Positions 19,337 through 29,428 are shown, counted from the stretch's first letter. The stretch is DNA of 64,000 bases from an archaeon (GCA_020057295.1 JAGVGF010000006.1:96001-160000), one strand, 5' to 3'. The notes: generated by a model from the letters alone, not told the origin. Program-made: numbers and translations.

Positions 19337-20596
19337 TCACGGAGCTTTTTCACCATGAGCGTGTTCGTGTAATACTAAATTATAAATGTCAATACATTTT
19401 TGTGCTGGAACATTCCAACTAAATGTTCTAACTTCTATTGCACCATGATGTAATAATTCATGATGTAATCCTCGATAATTTAATACTGTTAGTATCTTGT
19501 TAGCTAATTCGTCAACATCCCAAAAATCTACTTTAAGAGCGTTCTTTAAGACTTCACTAACGCCTGATTGTTTAGAGATTATTACAGGAACATTATTTCT
19601 TAATGCTTCTAAAGGCGTAATACCAAAAGGCTCGCTTACTGAAGGCATCACGTACAAATCTGCGAGCTTGTACATTCTATCAACATCTGGTCCTGAAGCC
19701 CATCCAGCAAATAGTACTTTACTACCTATACCTAACTGCGCAACTCTATCAACAAGTCTTGCTTCCATATCACCATTACCTACTACAATAAATTTCACTT
19801 CAGGATCATAATCCAAAACTTTTTTTGCAGCCTCAATAAAATAGTCAGGACCTTTTTGTAATGTTAATCGTCCTAAATATAACACAACTTTTTCATTCTT
19901 CTTAACATTAAAATTAGGTTCATCAGTAAAATCTACAGCATTATGAACTACAACAATTTTATCTCCAGAAATACCATAATGCTGCATAATTTTTTGTTTA
20001 GTAAAATAAGATACCGCGATCACTCTATCAGCTTGCAACATTCCTTGTCTTTCAATATCATAAACATACTGATTAACGCTGTTGCCTCCAGTCCTATCAA
20101 ATTCTGTAGCATGCACTTGAACAATTAATGGTTTTCCAGTTGCCTTTTTTGCTTCAATACCAGCCGGGAAAGCCATCCAATCATGACAATGTATAACATC
20201 AAATTCTTCAGTCATAGCTATAGCTTTTGCAGCCATTGATAAACGATATACTTCATCATAAATATTTCTACCGTATAATACTTTAGAATTTTCAGATTTA
20301 GTTTTTAATGTTTCAATATATTGTTCATAATTGGTAGAATATTGCGTTTCAGTAAGATAAGGTTTTAACAAACTATCAATACGTTTTATCTTAAGATTAT
20401 ATCTAGAAAGATTAGATGCGATTAAGAGTTTAACGAATTCTGCCTTCATATCTTCTGGCCCATGCGGAATGACGAAAGTTACATCAACATTCTTGTTCGT
20501 TAAACCCTTGGTTAAGCCATAACATGCTGTGCCAAGACCGCCCGACATAAATGGTGGAAATTCCCATCCAAACATGAGTACCTTTAACTTATTCAT
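19337..20596 (-). CDS. Glycosyltransferase family 4 (glycogen-associated)
   Basis: GWEFPP..SGGLG, HCHDW, HATEFDR, PSVSEPFGITPLEA. Confidence 0.92.
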   Translation of the reverse strand: MNKLKVLMFGWEFPPFMSGGLGTACYGLTKGLTNKNVDVTFVIPHGPEDMKAEFVKLLIASNLSRYNLKIKRIDSLLKPYLTETQYSTNYEQYIETLKTKSENSKVLYGRNIYDEVYRLSMAAKAIAMTEEFDVIHCHDWMAFPAGIEAKKATGKPLIVQVHATEFDRTGGNSVNQYVYDIERQGMLQADRVIAVSYFTKQKIMQHYGISGDKIVVVHNAVDFTDEPNFNVKKNEKVVLYLGRLTLQKGPDYFIEAAKKVLDYDPEVKFIVVGNGDMEARLVDRVAQLGIGSKVLFAGWASGPDVDRMYKLADLYVMPSVSEPFGITPLEALRNNVPVIISKQSGVSEVLKNALKVDFWDVDELANKILTVLNYRGLHHELLHHGAIEVRTFSWNVPAQKCIDIYNLVLHEHAHGEKAP

Positions 20597-20901
20597 ACCC
20601 ACCTCTTTAAGGGCAACCCACTAGTATCTCTAACACAAAATATCTTCATTATACTAATACCCACTTTTGTAATACTAGTTACGTGAAGAAGATATATAAA
20701 AATGTTGTGTTTTTTTAAGCCTAAAATAAAGTCTAAGATATTTTTCTGAGCTTGAAAAATTATGTTTTTTAGGATTTTTCGCACAAAAAAAGCACAAATA
20801 AATAAATAACTTAATAACTTTAATAACAACTTAATATAATAAGTTAATTTAGTTTTAAATAATCGTAAAATTTATATAGTTCCTATGTCTTGTAAAATAA
20901 C

Positions 20902-21588
20902 ATGAACAACATAACATACGAAGAAATAAATCCTGAAATATTTTCAAATAACAAATGGCTTATCCTCAAGGAAATAGCTGAAGCACCACAATCGCCTAGC
21001 GATTTAGCATTAAAAACAAATACGAGCTTATCAAACATAACACAACAATTAAAATTGTTAGAAGCGTATAGACTTGTTCGTAAAGAGAAATCTGAAGAAA
21101 AAAGTAGCGGTAAACCAAGGACAATATATTACATTAACACAGAATTAGTATACTCTGTAATTCTAAGAAATGGCAAGGCTGAACGTAAATTGTTTATGAT
21201 TGATAACGCTAACAGTCTATTTTTTAATATCATCTTTAGTATGAATCAAGAAGATTTAACATTTATGCTTAAATTCAGTTTCAAGTATGAAGATATTCTT
21301 AAAAAATGCAAGGCTATAGGATTCTTAAAATCTACAAAGGACAGTATTGAATTGTTCTTAATAACCGATCATTTAGATGAGATAAGATCAAAGTTTAGCA
21401 ATATATTTGTTGATGATCATCATGGTAAAACTAAAAAAATAATTAATTGGAGCCATAACGAGTTTGAAGTTAATGATGGTCTAACCCGTAAAGATAAATA
21501 TTATATGGATATGATTAAGAATGTTCAGATAATACATGACCCTAACTCAATATTAAGAAATATAAAGACACACAGAGAAAATATGTAG
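20902..21588 (+). CDS. ArsR-like winged-helix regulator with extra C-terminal domain
   Basis: KWLILKEIA..PQSPSDLA..TNTSLSNITQQLKLLE...GKPR.IY. Confidence 0.75.
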   Translation: MNNITYEEINPEIFSNNKWLILKEIAEAPQSPSDLALKTNTSLSNITQQLKLLEAYRLVRKEKSEEKSSGKPRTIYYINTELVYSVILRNGKAERKLFMIDNANSLFFNIIFSMNQEDLTFMLKFSFKYEDILKKCKAIGFLKSTKDSIELFLITDHLDEIRSKFSNIFVDDHHGKTKKIINWSHNEFEVNDGLTRKDKYYMDMIKNVQIIHDPNSILRNIKTHRENM

Positions 21589-21623
21589 GTGTGATAAATA
21601 CTTGATTTAATAAGAGATTAAAA

Positions 21624-21920
21624 ATGAATAAAGTTATTAAATTTTTAGATGAATTGAATGATGAAGAAATTTATGAGTTTGAGAAAGATTTAAAGAGTGG
21701 TAGTTTACAAAAATTCATAGAGCAAAAAAAGGAATATTATAAAATTAAGGATAAAATGTGCAGTACGTGCGGTAATAATGTTAATGAAGATTGTACTGTT
21801 TTAATCTTTGGAGATCCTAAGATAGGTGTTCGTAAAAAGGCTCACTTCTGTGGCTTTGATTGTCTGGAATATTTTATTAATAAGAATATTAAAAGAGTAA
21901 ACGTTAAAAAGAAGCGATAA
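21624..21920 (+). CDS. Small metal-binding protein (TRASH/MYM-like)
   Basis: CSTC...HFCGFDCLEYF. Confidence 0.7.
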   Translation: MNKVIKFLDELNDEEIYEFEKDLKSGSLQKFIEQKKEYYKIKDKMCSTCGNNVNEDCTVLIFGDPKIGVRKKAHFCGFDCLEYFINKNIKRVNVKKKR

Positions 21921-21944
21921 CCCTTAAATTATTCTGGTGAGTCT

Positions 21945-22172
21945 ATGGCATTACAACAGTTAAAATCATTATACGAAAAACGCAAGGCTAACCTTGTTAG
22001 TTTATTGGAGAGAAACCCTAAACTTGATCCTGCGAGACAACATCAGATTTATGGGGCAATATGTGAGATAGACATATTGTTAAAAACTATTGACCATTTA
22101 CGTGATCAAGAAATTCAAGAGAATTACGAGCTGGATGCTAAAGGCAGAGGTATGCGACCAGGTAGCATGTAA
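21945..22172 (+). CDS. Small helical hypothetical protein, paralog of the next gene's N-terminus
   Basis: SD GGTGA; LK..YEKR...L..LL..NPKLD..R...I.GAI.EID.L.KTID.LR.QEI.E shared with 22216. Confidence 0.8.
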   Translation: MALQQLKSLYEKRKANLVSLLERNPKLDPARQHQIYGAICEIDILLKTIDHLRDQEIQENYELDAKGRGMRPGSM

Positions 22173-22215
22173 GATAATTAAATAAGACATTCATGATTAA
22201 TATTTAAGGTGATTT

Positions 22216-23007
22216 ATGCCATTAAGAAAGTTAAAAAACATTTACGAGAAAAGAAGAAGTACTTTAAAGAATCTTTTAGATACTAATCCTAAACTAGATA
22301 AATCTAGGAAAAGTGAAATTACTGGTGCAATAGCAGAAATCGACGCTTTAGCTAAAACAATAGATACATTAAGAGAACAGGAGATTGAAGAAGGTAGATT
22401 ACTGGAAGTTAAAGCTACGAGTTCGTTTTTAGATAATATTCCATTAGTTCAAAACTTTAATGATAAAGTCAAATTAAAATTTGATAATTCTGCAACAAAA
22501 CAAGGTTTGGTTGATGCTTTTAATAAAAAGTGTGCTTCTAGAACTAAGTATGAACTGTTTGGACAAATTGCACGTGGTGAAGGTTATGAGCATATTGCTC
22601 AAATATTTTTTGAAACAGCATCTAATGAGCGAGAACAGGCACGCATAATACTAGAGTTTATGAAAGAAGATAAAGATACAGCGCACAATTTACGTAATAG
22701 TGCTGATCTTGAACGTAAAAATCACGAGTATTACTATGCTCAATATGAAAAAATAGCAGGTGATGAAAAATATCCTTATATTGTTGAGTTCTTTAAAGAA
22801 TTGTCACAGATTGAAGCAGAGCATGAGAAAAGATTTTTAAAATTATTAAAAACTTTTAATGAGAAAAAAGTTTTTAGAAGAGAAACCGTTGTTAGATGGA
22901 AGTGTAAGAATTGTGGATATATTTTTGAGGGTAAAGAAGCTCCACAAAAATGTAAAGTATGTAGACAGGGAAGAGCATATTTTGAGTTAAATCAAGAGAA
23001 TTATTAA
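22216..23007 (+). CDS. Rubrerythrin-like protein with N-terminal helical domain and degenerate di-iron site
   Basis: Ferritin-like helices (ETA.NERE.A, IEAEHEKRF) plus WKCKNCGY...CKVC rubredoxin-like domain. Confidence 0.85.
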   Translation: MPLRKLKNIYEKRRSTLKNLLDTNPKLDKSRKSEITGAIAEIDALAKTIDTLREQEIEEGRLLEVKATSSFLDNIPLVQNFNDKVKLKFDNSATKQGLVDAFNKKCASRTKYELFGQIARGEGYEHIAQIFFETASNEREQARIILEFMKEDKDTAHNLRNSADLERKNHEYYYAQYEKIAGDEKYPYIVEFFKELSQIEAEHEKRFLKLLKTFNEKKVFRRETVVRWKCKNCGYIFEGKEAPQKCKVCRQGRAYFELNQENY

Positions 23008-23042
23008 AGTATTTCTTAAGAATAATATAAAATGTTTACAGC

Positions 23043-24599
23043 TTATATTTGATCCCATGTTTTTTCTTGGTTAATCAATGATTCTATTATATGTCTAACA
23101 TGAGTTATTGATATTCTTTTCTGTTCTTCTGTATCTCTATTTCTAATTGTTACAGTTCCATGTTTATCGGAAGTTGTTTCTATAGAATCATAGTCAACAG
23201 TTATGCAAAATGGTGTTCCTGACTCATCTTCACGAAGATATCTTTTACCTATGCTTCCTGAAATATCATATCGTACGGAAAATTCTTTTTGTAATTCATC
23301 ATAAATTTTCTTTGCTACATCAGGAAGTCCATCTTTTTTCATTAATGGAAATACTGCTACATTTACTGGACTCATATGCCACGGTACTAAGAATTTTGTT
23401 TTACCTTCTTTTTCATCAATTCTTCTATAGAATAAATCAAGTAGCGCGAATGTTGGTCTGTCTGTTCCGAATGCTATTTCTATAATATTTGGTGTTTCTG
23501 TTTTTTCTGCTGCTGTTGATTCTTCGTTGAATAATTTTAATTCTTTGCCTGAATGTTTTCCATGCTGTGTCAAGTCATAATCTGTTCTATCATGAACACC
23601 ACATAATTCGAACCATCCGAAACTGTTAAGTTTTACTTCAATATCCCACGCATCTTCCGCATAGAATGCCTTTTCATCAGGGAAATGTTGTCTTAACCTT
23701 ATCTTATCTTCAGGGATTCCTATCTGTCTAAATAATGAGTATGCCATATATACAGCCCATGCGTAAGCCTTATTTTTGAAATATCCTTTTTCCATTGCTT
23801 CATACACAGATAAAGGTTTATGCTCATGATTTTGTTCTTGGAACTGCCAAGGCCATAAAGGCATTTTTTCATGTTTTATGTCATCATATTTTTCGAAATT
23901 ATTTTTTTGTTCTTTAAATAAGAATATTTGTGCTTCGGCTTGTGTAAATTCTCTGCATCTTAAAACATGCTGTCTTGGACTTATCTCGTTACGATATGCT
24001 TTACCAATCTGAAATACTGCATAAGGAAGTTTTTTTCTAAAGAATTCGTTATATCTCAAGAATGGAAGATATGTTGTTGTTGCAGTCTCTGGTCTGTTAT
24101 ATGCTTCTACATCAAGACCAACAGTTGTTTTCATCATTAAAGTGTGTCGCTTGATTGTTTTAGCAAATTCCGATTTACAGCTAGGACATTTAACATGATT
24201 TTGTTCTATAAAATGTAATAATTCATCATCTGTCTTATGATCAAAACTCTGTTCAGGAAATAATTCGCTAAGTAAATTATCTACTCTAAAATTTCCTTTA
24301 CACTTAGAACATGTAATTACCGGATCTGTAAATCCTCCTAAATGTCCTGATGCCTGCCACACTTCCTTCTGCATTACAGTAGGACATTCAACTTCCCAGA
24401 AACCATTCTTTTGATATAATTTTCTAATTTGATTCTCTACATTATTCTTTAATAATTTTCCTAAAGGAGCGTAAGTATAAAATCCTGCAAGTCCGCCATA
24501 TATTTCTGGCTCAGGACCCCAAATGAAACCTTTCTGCTGCATAAAACTAAGTAATTCGTCATAGAATTTGTTACCTGTTTTGCTAGTATTATCAACCAT
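23043..24599 (-). CDS. glyS: Glycine--tRNA ligase (homodimeric archaeal/eukaryotic type)
   Basis: EIYGG, W.ASGH...F.DP, RPETA, QIGKAYRNEISPRQ, REFTQAE, GSIGKRY. Confidence 0.95.
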   Translation of the reverse strand: MVDNTSKTGNKFYDELLSFMQQKGFIWGPEPEIYGGLAGFYTYAPLGKLLKNNVENQIRKLYQKNGFWEVECPTVMQKEVWQASGHLGGFTDPVITCSKCKGNFRVDNLLSELFPEQSFDHKTDDELLHFIEQNHVKCPSCKSEFAKTIKRHTLMMKTTVGLDVEAYNRPETATTTYLPFLRYNEFFRKKLPYAVFQIGKAYRNEISPRQHVLRCREFTQAEAQIFLFKEQKNNFEKYDDIKHEKMPLWPWQFQEQNHEHKPLSVYEAMEKGYFKNKAYAWAVYMAYSLFRQIGIPEDKIRLRQHFPDEKAFYAEDAWDIEVKLNSFGWFELCGVHDRTDYDLTQHGKHSGKELKLFNEESTAAEKTETPNIIEIAFGTDRPTFALLDLFYRRIDEKEGKTKFLVPWHMSPVNVAVFPLMKKDGLPDVAKKIYDELQKEFSVRYDISGSIGKRYLREDESGTPFCITVDYDSIETTSDKHGTVTIRNRDTEEQKRISITHVRHIIESLINQEKTWDQI

Positions 24600-24681
24600 A
24601 ACATAATGAGAATGACGAGAATTTAAAAATGTTATTTTATTTCGACACTAAATTTATAAATTATTAACGTTTTAAATTAGC

Positions 24682-25191
24682 ATGGAAGATTTACATAAAG
24701 TTTGGTCACATAGATGGGTTACACCAAAAGCCAAATGCAGAAATTCTCCGATACAAGGATTAGGAGTATTTGCGATTGCGCCAATAAAAAAAGGAGAGCT
24801 AATAGCGATATTAGGCGGAGTAATTGTTCAAAAATCAGAGATAAGAAAATATTGGAAGATTATGGGACATGTTGGAATACAAATTGCTGATGATTTTTTT
24901 ATTGTGCCGACAACAAGAAAAGAGTTAGAAGAAACCGGTGTTTTCAATCATTCATGCGAACCGAATATAGGATTTGTAGACAGTACACAGTTCGTTGCAA
25001 TCAAAGATGTAAAAAAGGGCGAAGAATTAACTTTTGATTATGCATTTAATGAAACAGAGAATGAATCTTTTAAATGTGAGTGTGGATTTAAAAATTGTAG
25101 AGGAACAATCACGAAAGAAGATTGGAAAATACCATCAATCAGGAAAAAATATAAAAAATATTTCTCTCCTTATTTGAAAAGAAAAATATAA
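24682..25191 (+). CDS. SET-domain protein lysine methyltransferase with post-SET zinc cluster
   Basis: G.GVFA...IKKGE, FNHSCEPN, GEELTFDY, CECG..NCRG. Confidence 0.9.
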   Translation: MEDLHKVWSHRWVTPKAKCRNSPIQGLGVFAIAPIKKGELIAILGGVIVQKSEIRKYWKIMGHVGIQIADDFFIVPTTRKELEETGVFNHSCEPNIGFVDSTQFVAIKDVKKGEELTFDYAFNETENESFKCECGFKNCRGTITKEDWKIPSIRKKYKKYFSPYLKRKI

Positions 25192-25230
25192 AAAGTTATA
25201 TATTAAAAAAATCTATAAAAACTAATCAAA

Positions 25231-26433
25231 TCAATCATCATATTTAACAAACTTGTCTCCCTTAACAGTCTTAACAATTAATGGTTTTGTAACATCGCCG
25301 TTCTTATCAAATGTTAGTATTCCTGATGCACCAGTATAATTTTTAATTGTATATATGCAATTTTTCACATCGTCGACATAATCACCATATCGTTCAATGC
25401 ATAAACTAAGTATCATGAGAGAATCATAACCGTTTGCCGATATCATTTCCGGACCAGAATCATATTCTTTTGTATATTTATGTTTATATAATAGCATGCT
25501 ATCTGTTTGTGATTTATCGTCATAAGGATAAGGGTATATTATTGATTCATTAACATAACCTGCTATTTGTATTAGTTCTTGACCCTCCATAGGGCTCGGA
25601 CCATAATAATTCATACTATAACCTAATTCTCGAGATTGTTTAATAATTTGCCCAACATTTCTAGGAGAACCTAATATAAATAAATGTTTAGCACTGAGTT
25701 TTTTTAACTTTAATAGATAAGTTCTAAAATCTGATTCTTTACTATCAAAATATTGTATAGAACCGACAGCATTAGTTTTATTATATACCTCTAAAAAAGG
25801 TTTTAAGTAAGAAACACTATAGTCGGTATTTATAGCTATAATATATAATTTTTCGTCGATTCTCTTTGATAAATATTCTGCCCAAAATGGTGCTTCTTCC
25901 ATGACATTTATTTGTGTTCTGAAAATATAATCACCCATTAGACTAATTTCACTGGCTTGGGCAGCTGGAATAATTGTTAATATCTTATCTTTTTCAGCAA
26001 GAGGTGCTACAGCCAATACTTCTGATGAACCATAAGGTCCAATAATATAATGTACGTTATCAATATCTCTAACTTTAGTATAAGCAGTAACTGATTGACG
26101 TGGATCATACTGCGTATCTTCAAAGATTAACTCAAAAACATATTTATTTCTTGGGATAGCATTAATATCTTTTTGAGCAAGCAGCACTCCACGTCTTAAA
26201 TAGTTACCGGCTTCAGCCCTAACACCAGTGAGTGGAGCTAGGACGCTGATCTTGATGATTTGTTTAGATTCTTGAGGAATCTCTTGTACAACGTGACCAG
26301 TTGTATCAACCCGACCTGTTGTATCTGTTTCAATACCTGTTGAAAGCAAGTATACAAATGCGCCCATACAAGCGAGTATAATCACAATGAATATTATTAT
26401 TCCCACATTTCTAGACTTAAAAGATTTAACCAT
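25231..26433 (-). CDS. LivJ/LivK-type (PBP1) solute-binding protein, membrane anchored
   Basis: N-terminal TM; APLTG, ED..YDP, IIGP.GS, YIFR, GYD, GASG.LTFD.NGD. Confidence 0.85.
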   Translation of the reverse strand: MVKSFKSRNVGIIIFIVIILACMGAFVYLLSTGIETDTTGRVDTTGHVVQEIPQESKQIIKISVLAPLTGVRAEAGNYLRRGVLLAQKDINAIPRNKYVFELIFEDTQYDPRQSVTAYTKVRDIDNVHYIIGPYGSSEVLAVAPLAEKDKILTIIPAAQASEISLMGDYIFRTQINVMEEAPFWAEYLSKRIDEKLYIIAINTDYSVSYLKPFLEVYNKTNAVGSIQYFDSKESDFRTYLLKLKKLSAKHLFILGSPRNVGQIIKQSRELGYSMNYYGPSPMEGQELIQIAGYVNESIIYPYPYDDKSQTDSMLLYKHKYTKEYDSGPEMISANGYDSLMILSLCIERYGDYVDDVKNCIYTIKNYTGASGILTFDKNGDVTKPLIVKTVKGDKFVKYDD

Positions 26434-26457
26434 GAAAGAGTAGTATCTAAATCACTA

Positions 26458-26499
26458 TTTAAATCTTTGTTGTTTTAAATAAACAACAATATTTATATA
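26458..26499. promoter_or_regulatory. Back-to-back TATA boxes flanking a palindromic operator
   Basis: TTTAAAT-ct-TTGTTGTTT-taaat-AAACAACAA-ta-TTTATATA. Confidence 0.6.
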
Positions 26500-26520
26500 T
26501 TCTAATTATTAATAAAAAAG

Positions 26521-27255
26521 ATGGATTCAGATAAATTAAGGGAAGTAGGTCTCAACGACAAAGAATCAAAAATATATCTAACATTACTACAATTACAGGA
26601 AGCCATAGTATCAGATATAGCTAAAAAAAGTAAACAAAACAGAAGTTCATTATATGCCATTCTAGATTCTCTATGCGATAAAGGCATCGTAACATACATC
26701 ATAAAAAATAACACAAGATACTACAGAGCTGCTGAACCAGAGAAATTGCAAGATATGTTAAAAGATAAAGAAGAAGCACTAAGATTAATGATGCCAGAAT
26801 TAGCAGCACTATTCAAGCCCATGAGCAAAAGACCTGTAATAGAGATTCTGGAAGGAAAAGAAGGAATAAAGACCATGTTAAATGACATAATACATCAACG
26901 ACAGGAGTGGTTAGCATATACTGCACCCGGGGCAGGCAAAAGAATAATGGGACAATATGTGAATTTATTTCATAAAAATAGAGAAAAAGAGAAAATACAA
27001 TTAAAAGCAATTTTACTAAATACTCGTGAAGGGCAAAATAGAGCAAAAGAACTGAAAAAAATGAAATATACAGAGGTAAGATTTATACCAACAACATATA
27101 AATCTCCAGCATCAAATTGGGTATACAGCGATAGGATTGCAATAATGTTCTGGGATGAAGAGTTTCCATTTGCTGTGAGAATTATTGACAAAAAACTTGC
27201 AGACAGTTACCGAGAACATTTTAAGATGATATGGAATGTATCAGAAAAATCGTAA
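26521..27255 (+). CDS. TrmB family transcriptional regulator
   Basis: GLNDKESKIYLTLL, RSSLY.IL..L..KG, EGKEG, F.MIW. Confidence 0.88.
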   Translation: MDSDKLREVGLNDKESKIYLTLLQLQEAIVSDIAKKSKQNRSSLYAILDSLCDKGIVTYIIKNNTRYYRAAEPEKLQDMLKDKEEALRLMMPELAALFKPMSKRPVIEILEGKEGIKTMLNDIIHQRQEWLAYTAPGAGKRIMGQYVNLFHKNREKEKIQLKAILLNTREGQNRAKELKKMKYTEVRFIPTTYKSPASNWVYSDRIAIMFWDEEFPFAVRIIDKKLADSYREHFKMIWNVSEKS

Positions 27256-27282
27256 TTAAAACATTAATCTAACCATTCTAGT

Positions 27283-28203
27283 CTATTCTAATCTCGTCTT
27301 ATAGAAATGATGATTCTGTATCGGAACTATTTGCGAATATCGTATCATGTCATGAAATTGACTTCGGACTTTATTCAATTTCTCATTTATATGAACATAA
27401 TTATTATCAACTATCTCAAACATATAACTGAATTCTCCAACGCATGCGAATCTACGCACAACTAATGGATCAAGTTTTAGTTGAGAGTTAAATTTTAAAA
27501 AATCATCAAATTTATCGTCAGCAAATTTTAATAACACGCTATAATACATGAATCCTTCCCTATCAAAATCTATTACTGTTAAAAAATTCTCTATCACTTT
27601 ATTTTTTATTAGATGTTTTAGTCTATTATGGACAATATCGTATGTTAACCCTGTAATCTTAGATAGTTCTAACGCACTTAATCTGCAATTGATGCTTAGT
27701 TCATTCAATATTTTTTTGTCTTTGTCGTCTATTTCTACACTAATTACGGGTTTTTCTAATCTTTGAAGTATAAAATGTGAAGTTATTATCTTTTTCTTTA
27801 CGAAAAATTGTTGTAACTCAAGCATCATCTTGTATAAATCCTTAGTGATTATTTTTAGGTTATAACTATATTGTGTAATAGATTTCATTATAATTATGCA
27901 TCCGTTGATTTGACTTAATTCTTTGATAAATTCTGTCTCATCTTCTATGTATCGTGTTTGTATAAAAATATAATATGTCGCATATCCTATTTTTTGATAA
28001 TCGATATATGCATGAAATCCTTTGATAACCTTGTCCTTAACTAATTTATTTATTCTATAAAGTGCGGTTTGTTTACTTACACGACATTTTGTTGCTAAAT
28101 CTTTTAGCGGAATGCGTGCATTATCCCTTAAAGCGCTTAATATTTTTATATCTACCTTGTCTAATTCAGAACCTTCAAATAAATATTCTATCATTCCATC
28201 CAT
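27283..28203 (-). CDS. Tandem (double) Lrp/AsnC family regulator
   Basis: LDKVDIKIL..L..NAR and IDDKDKKIL..L..NCR HTH units, each followed by a RAM-like domain. Confidence 0.85.
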   Translation of the reverse strand: MDGMIEYLFEGSELDKVDIKILSALRDNARIPLKDLATKCRVSKQTALYRINKLVKDKVIKGFHAYIDYQKIGYATYYIFIQTRYIEDETEFIKELSQINGCIIIMKSITQYSYNLKIITKDLYKMMLELQQFFVKKKIITSHFILQRLEKPVISVEIDDKDKKILNELSINCRLSALELSKITGLTYDIVHNRLKHLIKNKVIENFLTVIDFDREGFMYYSVLLKFADDKFDDFLKFNSQLKLDPLVVRRFACVGEFSYMFEIVDNNYVHINEKLNKVRSQFHDMIRYSQIVPIQNHHFYKTRLE

Positions 28204-28311
28204 AAAATAGTATAATTATGTATTATTTATATATTTTTCCTAAATTATTAGAATTTTCTACATTGTTATTTTATTATGCCAAGAAGCTATACTAATACTA
28301 TCATTATTTGA

Positions 28312-28330
28312 TTCCGAAATATTTTCGGAA
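28312..28330. promoter_or_regulatory. Palindromic operator candidate
   Basis: TTCCGAAA-TAT-TTTCGGAA between the Lrp gene and the divergent ORF. Confidence 0.5.
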
Positions 28331-28389
28331 AAATAAGAAATAGTGTAATAAATATAAAACAATTTAAAAAAAAAATACGAGGGATTAAT

Positions 28390-29364
28390 ATGGCAAGCGT
28401 AACATTGGATAAAGTTGTACAGAATGTTGGAACATTTAAAGGAGATATAAAGGAACAACGAAGAGATTATGAGAGAGCAAAACAAGGCGTCGAATTATTA
28501 GATAACGACCTAAGTAAAGAAAAACTTGAAGATGCATTAAGAAGAGCTTCTGAGTATAGTGAATTTAACATACCAACTGCGCCAGTAGATACAGAGATAG
28601 TTCGTGGAGATGTTTCATTTAATGTAAGATCTGAAGCAACAACTAAAAGACCACAATACAAAACAGCTGTTACAGGAATAGAAAATTACATTAATGGCAC
28701 ACATTTTTTAGTTAATAATGGACATACAATTACAGGAGTTGTTAAAGAAGGAAATAAATGGTATGTAGCAACAGACACTTTACTCGAACATTGTGAAATT
28801 ATGCTAGCAAGCATAATGATTCCGGATATTAAACAAACAATAACATACATTCTAAGCGGAGATTTGTCTGCCGAACCAACACCAAAAACAATTGATTTGG
28901 GAAGTCAAAAGTCTTCACGTGCATTAAATGCAGAGAATTTTGCAAATTATGCAAGAAGAGATAGATTGAGACAAGATCTAAGTAAATTTGTTGAATCATA
29001 CGAGCTAGCACTATCTCAAGAAGAAAAAACAGGAGAAGGTATTGTACAAGTAAATACTAGAGCAGGTTACAAAGAAGAGAAAATTAAGAGCAAAGGTGCA
29101 AATTGGGCATATGTAGCAAAGACTCTGATAAGAATTAAAGAAAAAGATGATGAAGGAGAATTAAACATGCTAGCTGATTCGGAAACAAGTCTTGCATCAA
29201 AGAAGCGCGAATTACCATTCTACGACTTGAGAACAAGAGATGTAAGAGGAAGCGAAAAAGTATATGTTAGTCTACAAAGTGTATACGATAGAATACAAGA
29301 TTTAAAGGAACAGGAAGTAATCAAATCAAGTAGAAGTAAAATCAAGGCACAAGAAATCGTATAA
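28390..29364 (+). CDS. Hypothetical protein
   Basis: 324 aa ORF, SD GAGGG, no recognisable motif. Confidence 0.75.
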   Translation: MASVTLDKVVQNVGTFKGDIKEQRRDYERAKQGVELLDNDLSKEKLEDALRRASEYSEFNIPTAPVDTEIVRGDVSFNVRSEATTKRPQYKTAVTGIENYINGTHFLVNNGHTITGVVKEGNKWYVATDTLLEHCEIMLASIMIPDIKQTITYILSGDLSAEPTPKTIDLGSQKSSRALNAENFANYARRDRLRQDLSKFVESYELALSQEEKTGEGIVQVNTRAGYKEEKIKSKGANWAYVAKTLIRIKEKDDEGELNMLADSETSLASKKRELPFYDLRTRDVRGSEKVYVSLQSVYDRIQDLKEQEVIKSSRSKIKAQEIV

Positions 29365-29428
29365 GATATCTAAATAAACGTAGAAAAATTTTTATTTTAT
29401 TTTTTTATATAAGGTTTTTATTTTTTTC

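Noticed and set aside
20593-20829. 78-aa ORF upstream of GT4
   Set aside because: AT-rich divergent promoter region, TTG start, no SD, no motif
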